Of a stretch of DNA of 64,000 nt, positions 40,700-49,746 are shown piece by piece. Position 1 is the stretch's first letter; each line of letters starts with the position of its first letter. The DNA comes from a virus (Duplodnaviria > Heunggongvirae > Uroviricota > Caudoviricetes). Both the position numbers and the translations under genes were made by a program. Location: IMG/VR virus record IMGVR_UViG_2541047715_000004. One strand, given 5' to 3'. The notes beneath the pieces are model-generated. The model did no database searches. It was not told the origin of the DNA and saw nothing but the letters and a program-made list of their open reading frames with translations.

Positions 40700-41340
40700 A
40701 CTGCTTATACCCGTAATTCTACACAGCAGACAGCGCCACAGCGTCCAATTTTCACCACAGACGACCCAACACACTACCAACAAAAACACATGCTCAAAAT
40801 CGTTCCCGTTGCGTTACATAACCATATAAACAACTTATTTTCAGGCATAACAAAACAACTAAATAACACATATGCCATTCCCAAAACAACCAACCTCGTT
40901 ATGGCAGGCTACCGAAAAGACCCACCTCTTCTTCCCAGGCTACCGGACAACCAACCTAACTTTCACAGGCAATCCGAAAACATTCATACGCGCGATACCC
41001 ACGACACGCCATTACCCAAACAGCGAAGAAACACCAGAATCACTGAAACCCCAACGAAGCCTGTAACCGCAAGGTTTCTCTCAATCCCAAAAGACACGAA
41101 GCATAACAATCACGGGAAACGCCATTACCCAATACACGAATAACTACAAAAGCCTTTCACACACTCCAGACAAACAACTCAAACACAATAACGAAAGGAA
41201 TCGCCCACCTGCCATTACTCCATACACGGAGAAGAACAATCACCAAAACGACGAGAACACCCCATAGAAGAACCACCGCAAAACTAACGAAACCACATAC
41301 ACCGACAGAGAAAACAACACACCCAATTCACCAACAGAAA
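40700..41340 (+). other. C+A-rich, G- and T-depleted tract (approximate bounds)
   Basis: Long runs such as caccacagacgacccaacacactaccaacaaaaacaca; ORF 40604-41143 translates to low-complexity T/P/N/K/H/Q-rich sequence. Confidence 0.6.
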
Positions 41341-41467
41341 TAGTCGCCGTATAGAACGTTCTGGAAGGAGTGAGCATTAACGCCTATAGAGAGGTTGAGA
41401 CAGATAAAACACGAAGAAAACACAACATGTATAGCGAAGAAGCCAGGTATGTATAAGTGGGGAGGGA

Positions 41468-41490
41468 AGGAGGGGTGTCGCCTCCTTTTT
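41468..41490 (+). terminator. putative terminator after CA-rich tract
   Basis: Hairpin ggagg-ggtgtcg-cctcc followed by TTTTT. Confidence 0.4.
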
Positions 41491-41553
41491 CGTATTTATT
41501 CAACTCCTGATTTTATCCCCCGTAAAACCCCTACGGTCAGCCTTCGGTCCATA

Positions 41554-41700
41554 CAGGGAAAAGGTTGCATCCCGCTACAGAAACGGCTGGGTTGCCTTCG
41601 GGGAACGGCTGGAGGTTTTCAGGGAAACGGTCGAGTTGCCTGTGTGGATTTCGGGAGAAGGCTCGATGCCGGTTCAGGAACGGTGGAGTACCGGTATAGC
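41554..41700. repeat. array of GGGAAACGG-like repeats at about 22-25 bp spacing
   Basis: cagggaaaagg, cagaaacggctgg, ggggaacggctgg, gggaaacggtcg, gggagaaggctcg, ggaacggtgg. Confidence 0.55.
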
Positions 41701-42047
41701 GAGAGGGAGAGTTGCGGCTATCCACCTGTAATCTGCGGGAAGAAGAGTGGCGCTCACGTGCAGGCGGACTAACTTACCGTTGGACTCCCTCTGAATGCCC
41801 AGTTACAGCGTAATTGTGCCAGACAGCCAACGGGTCACAATCGATTTCAGTAGGTTTTCGGGGAGATGATTATTCTGCCCACCAGCCACCTTCGGCCACT
41901 AAATCAGAATAATGTAAAAAGTGTTCTCGGTACTGAACCTGAAAACTCACTGCCAAAACCACATTCACCGGAATAAAATCCTTTTTCGCCTGTGCGTTAT
42001 TGCGATAATAACACCATCAAGAAAACATGTTGTTTAAGGATTGCTTT

Positions 42048-42377
42048 ATGTTTGCAAATATCGACATCAACCAAATCAAGAAATTGACTCAAAAAGAGTT
42101 TGACCAGTTCTATGAGCTGGAAGGTTGGTCTTCCACTCTGATCAATTCGCGGTGGGTGCTTGAGCTGATGACTCGTGATGACGCACCTGCTTTGATGATT
42201 TGCGACATGGGTGAAGATGCTGACTTTATGGATATGAGCGAATTTTGTGTGGACACATACAACCGCAGCCAGAAGTACTACTTCACATGCGATAGCGAGA
42301 ATGACGTGATTTCTAAGGTCTATCTTCACCTTGTCCAGCATTGGGACGTTCAGGAGTTTCTTGAAGTATTCGAGTAA
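42048..42377 (+). CDS. hypothetical protein
   Basis: Start taken at second ATG (MFANIDINQ); first ATG lies inside the upstream motif. Confidence 0.45.
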   Translation: MFANIDINQIKKLTQKEFDQFYELEGWSSTLINSRWVLELMTRDDAPALMICDMGEDADFMDMSEFCVDTYNRSQKYYFTCDSENDVISKVYLHLVQHWDVQEFLEVFE

Positions 42378-42530
42378 ACCTAACCAAAGCCAGCATTGCT
42401 GGCTTAATTTCTCTATAGCCGCAGGGAAGAACCTGCATATCGCTCATGCACCTGATCATTATGCTTTGTAGCCGTTTTCTTACTGGTATTATTTACGCCA
42501 TTGAGAAAACAAGTTGTTTACGGAGTTGTG

Positions 42531-42842
42531 ATGAAAAAATCATTGGTTCTTGGTCTGGACAAAGACCAGAAGAGAAAAGAGAAGCCTGCGCTGGTTGCTC
42601 AATTAACTTTGCTGGACATCGTTGCCAATGGAACCTCTATTCGTCTGTTCCGTGAAACAGCGGTGTCTTTCGATAAAAACACCTTTACTCGTTATGTAAT
42701 GAATGTTCGTCGCCAGCGTGGAAAAGGCTGGATGGCATTTCAAAGAATGTGGCCGGAACATCAGCTCGAACTGGCTTTGATGGAAGTTAACCGCGTGGCC
42801 CAGCAAGAAATTCAGAGAGCATCAGTGATGGCAATAGCCTGA
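42531..42842 (+). CDS. hypothetical protein
   Basis: Start taken at MKKSLVLG with GGAG RBS. Confidence 0.45.
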   Translation: MKKSLVLGLDKDQKRKEKPALVAQLTLLDIVANGTSIRLFRETAVSFDKNTFTRYVMNVRRQRGKGWMAFQRMWPEHQLELALMEVNRVAQQEIQRASVMAIA

Positions 42843-42877
42843 TAATGTGCAAGTGGTAATTAGTCGACAGTACGACA

Positions 42878-42907
42878 GCCCCGCCATCCTTACGGGGCTT
42901 TTTTGTA
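42878..42907 (+). terminator. rho-independent terminator
   Basis: Hairpin agccccg-ccatccttac-ggggct followed by TTTTTT. Confidence 0.65.
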
Positions 42908-42968
42908 TTGTAAGTACATACTTACGATCATAGAATATAAAAATAACCAATACACTACGGAGAGTGAA

Positions 42969-43364
42969 ATGACCGTTAAACGCGAAAAACTGACTGTTGA
43001 TGTTTACTATGCCTCTGAAACCGCCGAAGGTAAGAATGTGGCAAAAATCACCGTTGTTACGTACAACACCGAAACTGGTGCCGAAGTACAGGCCAGTACG
43101 ATCGTGCGTAAAGGTGATGCCTCCGGCGGCGAGTACGCGACTCAATACCAGTCCATTCTCGATGCAACTGACCCGCTGCTGCTGAAAATCGAGAACTACT
43201 TCCGCCAGGTTGATGAAGAGGTGTTTGAAACCATGATGAATATGGTTAACACCGTATTCGCCTCCAACCTGAATACCAACACTACCTGGATTGGTCAGTA
43301 CGGCCTGCGCATTACCTCTGGCATTCCTGCCGACACCTTAATCCCTGAAAGCGTATTCGCTTAA
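42969..43364 (+). CDS. hypothetical protein
   Basis: Start taken at MTVKREKLT with GGAGAG RBS. Confidence 0.45.
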   Translation: MTVKREKLTVDVYYASETAEGKNVAKITVVTYNTETGAEVQASTIVRKGDASGGEYATQYQSILDATDPLLLKIENYFRQVDEEVFETMMNMVNTVFASNLNTNTTWIGQYGLRITSGIPADTLIPESVFA

Positions 43365-43373
43365 TCCTCTTTA

Positions 43374-43400
43374 AATGGCGCGTAAACCGCGCCATTTTAT
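43374..43400 (+). terminator. rho-independent terminator
   Basis: Hairpin aatggcgcg-taaa-ccgcgccatt followed by T-rich run. Confidence 0.6.
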
Positions 43401-43481
43401 TAAGCCCGATAACAATTTGTTTTCTGCCTTATCTGATTTGTGAAAATGATTTCACTGAAGCAACTTAATAAGGAAACCATC

Positions 43482-43856
43482 ATGGGACTTGATATCTATA
43501 TCGAGACACAGCCTAAAAACGATCTGAATAACGAGGCATCCAGAAAGCAGGTTGCTTACTTCCGTAAGTTCAATGCGCTCGTTGGGTGGATGGAGCGCAA
43601 CGTAGGTGAAGTCGAAAATTGTGAGCTTTTAGAATTAACGATGAATGACATTTGTTTTCTGAAGGCTCATTTGATGCACATAAACGAAAGCAATTGCGAA
43701 GAGTACTTGCCTACCCGGGAAGGTTTTTTCTTCGGCAGTCAGGAGTACGATGAAGGTTACTGGCATGACGTGGATAAGCTGAAAAAACTTGTGGAAGACC
43801 TGATCAGGAACCACGACTTTCACAATAACAGACTGACCTTCTGCGCCTGGTGGTAA
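43482..43856 (+). CDS. hypothetical protein
   Basis: Start taken at MGLDIYIET with AAGGAAA RBS. Confidence 0.45.
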   Translation: MGLDIYIETQPKNDLNNEASRKQVAYFRKFNALVGWMERNVGEVENCELLELTMNDICFLKAHLMHINESNCEEYLPTREGFFFGSQEYDEGYWHDVDKLKKLVEDLIRNHDFHNNRLTFCAWW

Positions 43857-43858
43857 AT

Positions 43859-44002
43859 ATGGGCGATTTCAAGAAACGCCTGAAGGAAAGAGCCGAGATG
43901 GTCAGAAAGCAAAACGCCTCTTCTGTCATCAGATACGCAAGGCAGTTTAGTCGCAACAACAAATCAGTTGAGGAAAAGATCCTTAGCGTAATCGTGCGAT
44001 AA
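43859..44002 (+). CDS. small basic ORF (below 60-aa cutoff, uncertain)
   Basis: 47 codons MGDFKKRLKERAEMVRKQ..., followed by hairpin aaggccatcagcattggtggcctt. Confidence 0.2.
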   Translation: MGDFKKRLKERAEMVRKQNASSVIRYARQFSRNNKSVEEKILSVIVR

Positions 44003-44206
44003 TTATTAAGGCCATCAGCATTGGTGGCCTTAAATGACCATCTTGTTTCCCGCAGGCTAAAAACACCAACCTCTTACCTCCAGGCAACCGACAAACCCAC
44101 CTGTTCCCGTCCGGCTACCGCAACTTTCCACTTTGACGCCTTATTCGTACAACGATAATTAACGCCAACAAGAAAACAATTTGTTATTTACGATAAGGAA
44201 TTAATC

Positions 44207-44689
44207 ATGAATTTTATCGCTACTGTAAACGCACCCGCACATGGCAATATCGCTGTAACGTTCTCTGACATTGAAAAACGAGTACTTGGTGCATGGCGCG
44301 ACAATGAGACGGTAGAACTGTCAGCACAAGAAAAATGCATTATTGCACGCGACATCATTGGCAATCGTCGTTACTCGCGGGTATTTGAGAAAGCGTATGT
44401 GGTAAATTCTGGATTCGGAACGTTCGTCTTTCCGGTGCGCTCCGGGCGATTCTGCCAGTCCAAGCTGATTGAGTTCGCTACGCAGATTTCTGTCTGGATT
44501 AAAACTCAATCGTCGTTCAAATTTTCCGACGATGAAGCAGTATCGCAGGGGATGCGGATCGCCAACAATGCGATTAAATGCAAAAACATTACGTATACCG
44601 CTGGCGTTGATACATGGAAACTGTTTTGCGCTAACTTTATGCTGAATGTATACGCAAGCAACCGCATCCACATCCTTGATGGCGTGTAA
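44207..44689 (+). CDS. hypothetical protein
   Basis: 160-aa ORF with GAAAACAATTTGTT motif upstream. Confidence 0.5.
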   Translation: MNFIATVNAPAHGNIAVTFSDIEKRVLGAWRDNETVELSAQEKCIIARDIIGNRRYSRVFEKAYVVNSGFGTFVFPVRSGRFCQSKLIEFATQISVWIKTQSSFKFSDDEAVSQGMRIANNAIKCKNITYTAGVDTWKLFCANFMLNVYASNRIHILDGV

Positions 44690-44691
44690 CT

Positions 44692-44722
44692 GAGAAGAGG
44701 GCCAGAAACGGCCCTTTCTCTA
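44692..44722 (+). terminator. rho-independent terminator
   Basis: Hairpin gagaagagggcc-agaaac-ggccctttctc. Confidence 0.5.
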
Positions 44723-44741
44723 TAGCCACCAGCTGCCGCAG

Positions 44742-44830
44742 GGAAATTTTCAGAAACGGCGAGGAACGTATTCATGAGCCGACGGGGAACGGCCAGGATT
44801 TTTTCGGGAAACGGCTGCATTCGCCTTTAT
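44742..44830. repeat. second GGGAAACGG-like repeat cluster
   Basis: cagaaacggcgagg, ggggaacggccagg, gggaaacggctgc at about 22-bp spacing. Confidence 0.5.
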
Positions 44831-44939
44831 GTAGAAAAAACATCGGGAAGCTGGTGGAATCCAACCAGCGGTTGTCGGACAGGTGAGCGGGGAAAATTAT
44901 GATGACTTTCGTCGCCTGAGACATCCAGATTTCTTTCGT

Positions 44940-45065
44940 AGCGTAATCACATATGTGATTAAGTGGTGTGATTATGTGAAAAATCACGCGCACATAATAC
45001 GAGAGCGGATACGGAACAAAACAAAATGCCGATCCGCGCCGACAATTAAACGCGGATCACATAGC
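44940..45065. promoter_or_regulatory. cluster of palindromes (putative operator region)
   Basis: Perfect 16-bp palindrome AATCACATATGTGATT; ATTATGTG...CACATAAT; GATCCGCG...CGCGGATC. Confidence 0.35.
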
Positions 45066-45281
45066 AAGAATAAAAGCCAATGATTAACCATACACCATAA
45101 CGCAATATAACGCGATTTAAGCGCGTTAATGCGCTAAGTAATGGGTATGTACTGGTAAGGATATAAAAGCGCGTCTATGGCGTTATTTTGGCGCTTATTT
45201 TTATGTTGTTGGTGTGAGTCAAAGACAATAAAAAAAGCGCCATCATTGGCGCGTTATGGTGGAAGTATTGGAAACGAAAAA

Positions 45282-45300
45282 AGCGCCCATAGTGGGCGCT
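45282..45300 (-). terminator. terminator hairpin for minus-strand operon (repeated hairpin family)
   Basis: agcgccca-tag-tgggcgct with T-run on minus strand; the same 20-mer aaagcgcccatagtgggcgc recurs at 45549-45568. Confidence 0.5.
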
Positions 45301-45305
45301 CGATT

Positions 45306-45536
45306 TTATTTATGTAAACTGATTTCAAATCCCATTTCTACAAACGCTTTTAACATTAAAAATATATCAGCGTCATTCATGTCTGCTTTTTTTCGCTCCT
45401 GGTCGCTCAATAAGTCAATTTTGCGCGTCGTTTCATCTATAAGCTCGACTGCGCGCCCAGCGTAACCAGCGATCCCAGCGATGCGATTAACAAAATATTC
45501 ATTACGTACGTTAACGCCAGCGATAAGAATAAACAT
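45306..45536 (-). CDS. small hypothetical protein
   Basis: Start taken at MFILIAGV with AAGGAG RBS; second gene of a two-gene minus-strand operon. Confidence 0.4.
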   Translation of the reverse strand: MFILIAGVNVRNEYFVNRIAGIAGYAGRAVELIDETTRKIDLLSDQERKKADMNDADIFLMLKAFVEMGFEISLHK

Positions 45537-45583
45537 GATTAAGCTCCTTAAAAGCGCCCATAGTGGGCGCAAGATTCCATTAA

Positions 45584-46234
45584 TTACGCTTTGAAAGCAT
45601 CAGCCAGATAGTTATAGAAATCATTTTTAATGAAGCGATATTGCTGCGTACCAGCTTTTGCGCTTCCCATTCCTTTGACTTTCTCAACAAGTCCAAGACG
45701 TTCGCAAAGATTGATCAACTGGTTGGCTTGAGTATAGCCAGCGTCCAATTTAATTTCGCACGCTTTTTTAGCTTCATTCATTAAATCGAAAACAGCGCCA
45801 TTGGTGAACGTGTCGATCTCGTCGTTAATCATATCGATTAAAGCGAATACACGAGATCCTGACATATCAGCGATGGAATAAACGCATTTACCAGCTTTAA
45901 TTGATTTAACCAGATAGACCAGTTTTTCCAGTGAATAACTATTAGTCATTGCATCACGGAAAAATACTTCTGGCGCTTGTTTACTTGCTTTGATCGCATA
46001 GTAGAAAACAGAGCATAATTTTTCGTCTTCTACTGCGTTCACAACGTTGTTGATGAAGTAAGCAAGTTTAGTGGTCGCAGCTTGCATGTTTGCTTTGTCT
46101 GCTTTTGTGTGCGTACCATTTTTATAATGTTCGTTATATGTTTGAGTTGCCAGATCTGCTTTTTCGCGCAGCTCGTCGGATACAATGGCAGCAGCTTCAA
46201 TGATGGATTTTTTAGAAATGATAATGTTAGCCAT
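45584..46234 (-). CDS. hypothetical protein
   Basis: 216-aa ORF in AT-rich block with AT-rich upstream region 46235-46480. Confidence 0.5.
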   Translation of the reverse strand: MANIIISKKSIIEAAAIVSDELREKADLATQTYNEHYKNGTHTKADKANMQAATTKLAYFINNVVNAVEDEKLCSVFYYAIKASKQAPEVFFRDAMTNSYSLEKLVYLVKSIKAGKCVYSIADMSGSRVFALIDMINDEIDTFTNGAVFDLMNEAKKACEIKLDAGYTQANQLINLCERLGLVEKVKGMGSAKAGTQQYRFIKNDFYNYLADAFKA

Positions 46235-46531
46235 GATTTTATTCCTTAGTATAAATATTAAAATTTAACTCAAGAAAGAAAGTGTTTTGCACTCGTTCCT
46301 GATGCGTTCAATTATCGATACGCGAAAAAAGATTGCAAGTGTTTTTTTAAGTTTTTTTGCAGGGATGAAAGTCTTAGAAATAAAAGCGAGATCGTCGAAG
46401 GTGTTCCCTAAATAAATAATAAATTCCGGCTTTTGACCTTATATATTTATACGGGGGAGAATTGAATGAGTGTTAAACGAATGGCATGTAAAATAATAAC
46501 CGGACTTAGCCGGTTATTACCCTTATAGAAA

Positions 46532-47053
46532 TTAAAACGGAAGGATTCGTTCAACCCAATCGAAGAAAATAAGTATTTTTCTACCGTCTTCCAACTTAAG
46601 TGTGACTAGACAGGCGTCAACGCCATCTGACGTTCCCTCAATTTCGCGACCGTCTGCCATGTAGACCCTTATAGATTTGCCGTTTTGGTAAGCCTGACGA
46701 CATATCTTAAAAAAGTCACGACGTGATGGCTGATTAACCATCTGTTCATTGTTTAGCGTTAGTCGACCTGTGAATGAAGTGTCAACCTCTTCTATGCCCG
46801 ACTCAATTGTGCTAATGCGCTCAAGAGGGAGCCTTATACGATTTGTGTTGCTAAGCGGATCTGGTGTGAGGTTCAGCTTATTTCTTGCGCTCAATAGCCC
46901 GTAGACATACATGCAAAACACTTGGCCGTCTTCGAGAGTGACTCTTACAGGAAATTTTGCACTCCGCCAGAAGAGCAAGGTGCGCTCAGCATGTTCGTAG
47001 TCTCGCGGCCAGACTTCAGCCGGTATGCCGTAGGTGATGTCCAATGTTCTCAT
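46532..47053 (-). CDS. hypothetical protein
   Basis: 173-aa ORF overlapping upstream gene by ATGA; terminator hairpin aataaccggacttagccggttatt downstream. Confidence 0.5.
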   Translation of the reverse strand: MRTLDITYGIPAEVWPRDYEHAERTLLFWRSAKFPVRVTLEDGQVFCMYVYGLLSARNKLNLTPDPLSNTNRIRLPLERISTIESGIEEVDTSFTGRLTLNNEQMVNQPSRRDFFKICRQAYQNGKSIRVYMADGREIEGTSDGVDACLVTLKLEDGRKILIFFDWVERILPF

Positions 47054-47643
47054 TCTGATACTCTTAGAGGTGTTTTCAGCAACCCAAATTTAAATTCTTT
47101 GTTACCAACGACAAAGAAGGGAACCTCAACATAGATTTTTTTATCGACGGATTTAGAGTTAGCTGTTTTATGTATGTCACGAACGATACGTTTTGAGATA
47201 TTTTCATCGATAAACAATACCTTTCCACTTGTATTCCCTTCAGCCTTGGCGTAAGTAACGATAGGCTCTTCATTGCCAACCCTAATGTTTACTTGGCAAC
47301 CTGTTGTAGCCATTTCATCACAGTAAAGTGTGCCGTCTTGAACTTCCAAAACAATTCCAGATGGCTTCATGGCTTCGTCAGAGCTTACATTAACGTTTTC
47401 TGGTACAGCGGTCCCGTTAATTTGCAACCGTAATCTTTCTTTTCCTGCATTAAGTATTGTTTCTTCTGCGTTATCTGAGAATCTGAACCAGACTGGTTGA
47501 ATCAGACCTCGTGATTCGTATTTTAGTACGTCTTCAGAAGTATACATGCTGTACGTTTTTTGCATGTCGGAGACGATATCTGACAACGCATTTGCGGAAA
47601 ATGACGAGAGGTATATACAAGCAAGAAGTAACGAACGTTTCAT
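47050..47643 (-). CDS. hypothetical secreted protein
   Basis: N-terminal signal peptide MKRSLLLACIYLSSFSANA. Confidence 0.5.
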   Translation of the reverse strand: MKRSLLLACIYLSSFSANALSDIVSDMQKTYSMYTSEDVLKYESRGLIQPVWFRFSDNAEETILNAGKERLRLQINGTAVPENVNVSSDEAMKPSGIVLEVQDGTLYCDEMATTGCQVNIRVGNEEPIVTYAKAEGNTSGKVLFIDENISKRIVRDIHKTANSKSVDKKIYVEVPFFVVGNKEFKFGLLKTPLRVSE

Positions 47644-47823
47644 TTTTATACAGCGATTATTGCAAAGTAGAATTATAAATATCCAATAGTCTCAAACGAT
47701 AAGTTTTCAACTGTAAATAGCAGACGTGTTTCTCTAAAAGCTGTGCGGCAAAGGCGTTGTTGCCGCACTCTGTCTATTAGCTCTTCAAGTCTGGCAATTC
47801 TGAAATTGACTAAGAATCCAATA

Positions 47824-48102
47824 TTACGGCAGTTTGCTTAGAATTTGCTCTAAATCTTCCTTTGTCATATTAGAGTTCTCATAGATGCGCATGATTTTCT
47901 CACGAGCCTTAGCAGAGACTCCAACGGCAGATGAAACTTTGTCAAATTCAGCCATTGTCATCGCTTCCAGAATGGTATTGATAACTTCAGCCTTAGACAT
48001 TTTGATGTTTTTTTCTTTTAGTTTCATTTGAAACTTTCCAAGTTTGTCATTGGCCTTATCGGACAATGCCACCTGACAATAAGTTGTTTTCTTTTCGCTC
48101 AT
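47824..48102 (-). CDS. small hypothetical protein
   Basis: 92 aa, immediately downstream of helicase gene; terminator hairpin gtgcggcaa...ttgccgcac follows on minus strand. Confidence 0.45.
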   Translation of the reverse strand: MSEKKTTYCQVALSDKANDKLGKFQMKLKEKNIKMSKAEVINTILEAMTMAEFDKVSSAVGVSAKAREKIMRIYENSNMTKEDLEQILSKLP

Positions 48103-48104
48103 AA

Positions 48105-49664
48105 CTAATCTCGTTTCAGAACTCCAAAATCGAATGCGCCATCAATAGGCAATACACCTTCTGCAAAGCCAGGTGTGGTGTCGATGATGTGTTTTCGCTC
48201 ATAAGAGTGAGACAACAGGTATTTGTTGCTAATGTCAATGAAATCAGTGATAAAACACACGTTTGCCTGATTTTTTTTGGCTCGTAAGCCACGACCGACA
48301 CGCTGTCTCATTTCAACTTCTGCTTTCCCACCACCAGCAAGAATGACCGCACCAACGCTTGGCACATCAACACCGACATCCAGAATAGTCGAGCCTATTA
48401 AAACATCTATTTCTCCAGACGCTAAACTGTTCAGCTTTGCTTGCCTTGTCGCCTGGTTAGATTCCCCATAGATGAAGTCAACTCTAAGGCCGGACTCTTT
48501 CATCATTTCCATCAGGATTTGCCCGTGGCGTTTAAGACGAACCAGAGTCATACAATTGAGAGAATGTTGCTTATAGAGCAATGCTTCGCGAACAATGGCC
48601 TCGTTACGTCCCAAATTATACACGATCCCCAACTGATAAGCCTTTTGGTAGGCGGTGCTCATACCAACTCTAAAATTGAGGTGTTTGTTGGCAAGTTCGG
48701 CCTTGATTCTGGCCTCGTCTGGCTTGTAGGCAACTTTATGATAAAGGAAGTACGGCTTTGCCAGAATGCCTCGATCAATCAGGTACTTTTCTGTGACTTT
48801 AATTTCAATTCGCCCGGCCACCGCCATCAGGCGCATGTTGGCTTCCGTCGAATCCTTCATGAACGGCGTGGCTGTAAGCGCCAGACGATAGTCTGCGTTC
48901 ACACATAATCTGGCGATGTCATAGAAATTTGAGCCTGAAGACTCATGCGCCTCTTCCAGAATAAGAAGAGAGACACTTGAAAGGAAGCGTTTCACCAACT
49001 CCCGACGTTTGAGGTGGTAGCTCTTTTTATCTGGTGTTGCATCGCGTGGTGGTTCTTCGAGGAAACTTGCAAGAGTTTGAACTGTAGCGACGTTGATATG
49101 TCGTGATACCTGGAACTCACCCGAGCCAATGACTCCAACCTTTTGGTCTTTTAACCACGGTTCGCCATTTTCGGCGCGGTAGTCGATGGATCTCTGGAAG
49201 TTTTCGGCCATTTGAAACATCAGAACAGAGCGGGTTGTTAAAAATAATGTCATTCGACCGATACGTGCAGCTGCTTTGCAGGCAACATTAGATTTCCCGC
49301 CACCAGTAGCGATCTGCGCAATCATCATTCCCTCTCGAACCAGTGTTTCCACAGTCTGATCCTGATACGCATAATCAGGATTGTATGGGAATGGGTTAAC
49401 CGCCGGATTTGGTTTTCCAAGCGCCGGGGCTTTGTCTTTGCGGATATGAACACATTTGATGCCCGCCTTGTTCAAGTTCGCCGCTACAGGCTTGGCAAAG
49501 CCAGCAGGGAACGAGTTTTTACTCCAGTTGAACATCGTGCTTGTGCCCTTCCAGTCGCCAGTCTCGACTTCGTAGCTCAACATTTGCTGCACCAGTTGCT
49601 TTACCTTGTCATCTGCGCCAGAAATAAGCGCATTTACTGCGTTAGATACAATCCGAACAGTCAT
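48105..49664 (-). CDS. superfamily 2 DEAD/DEAH-type helicase
   Basis: Motif I ATGGGKS, motif II LILEEAH, motif III LTATP, motif VI QRVGRGLR. Confidence 0.7.
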   Translation of the reverse strand: MTVRIVSNAVNALISGADDKVKQLVQQMLSYEVETGDWKGTSTMFNWSKNSFPAGFAKPVAANLNKAGIKCVHIRKDKAPALGKPNPAVNPFPYNPDYAYQDQTVETLVREGMMIAQIATGGGKSNVACKAAARIGRMTLFLTTRSVLMFQMAENFQRSIDYRAENGEPWLKDQKVGVIGSGEFQVSRHINVATVQTLASFLEEPPRDATPDKKSYHLKRRELVKRFLSSVSLLILEEAHESSGSNFYDIARLCVNADYRLALTATPFMKDSTEANMRLMAVAGRIEIKVTEKYLIDRGILAKPYFLYHKVAYKPDEARIKAELANKHLNFRVGMSTAYQKAYQLGIVYNLGRNEAIVREALLYKQHSLNCMTLVRLKRHGQILMEMMKESGLRVDFIYGESNQATRQAKLNSLASGEIDVLIGSTILDVGVDVPSVGAVILAGGGKAEVEMRQRVGRGLRAKKNQANVCFITDFIDISNKYLLSHSYERKHIIDTTPGFAEGVLPIDGAFDFGVLKRD

Positions 49665-49746
49665 AAACCTCTTTCCTTAGTGCCTTTTGTATGTTATTTG
49701 GCTATTATAATAAGTAAGTGATTACTTAGTGGATTGTAGCAATAAA

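Noticed and set aside
40604-41143. 179-aa ORF as a protein-coding gene
   Set aside because: Composition-driven low-complexity translation of the CA-rich tract; kept only as a region-level finding.
41395-41772. 125-aa ORF
   Set aside because: Overlaps the G-rich repeat array; sequence looks like translated repeats.
44883-45083. 66-aa ORF
   Set aside because: Sits entirely within the palindrome cluster; more likely regulatory DNA.
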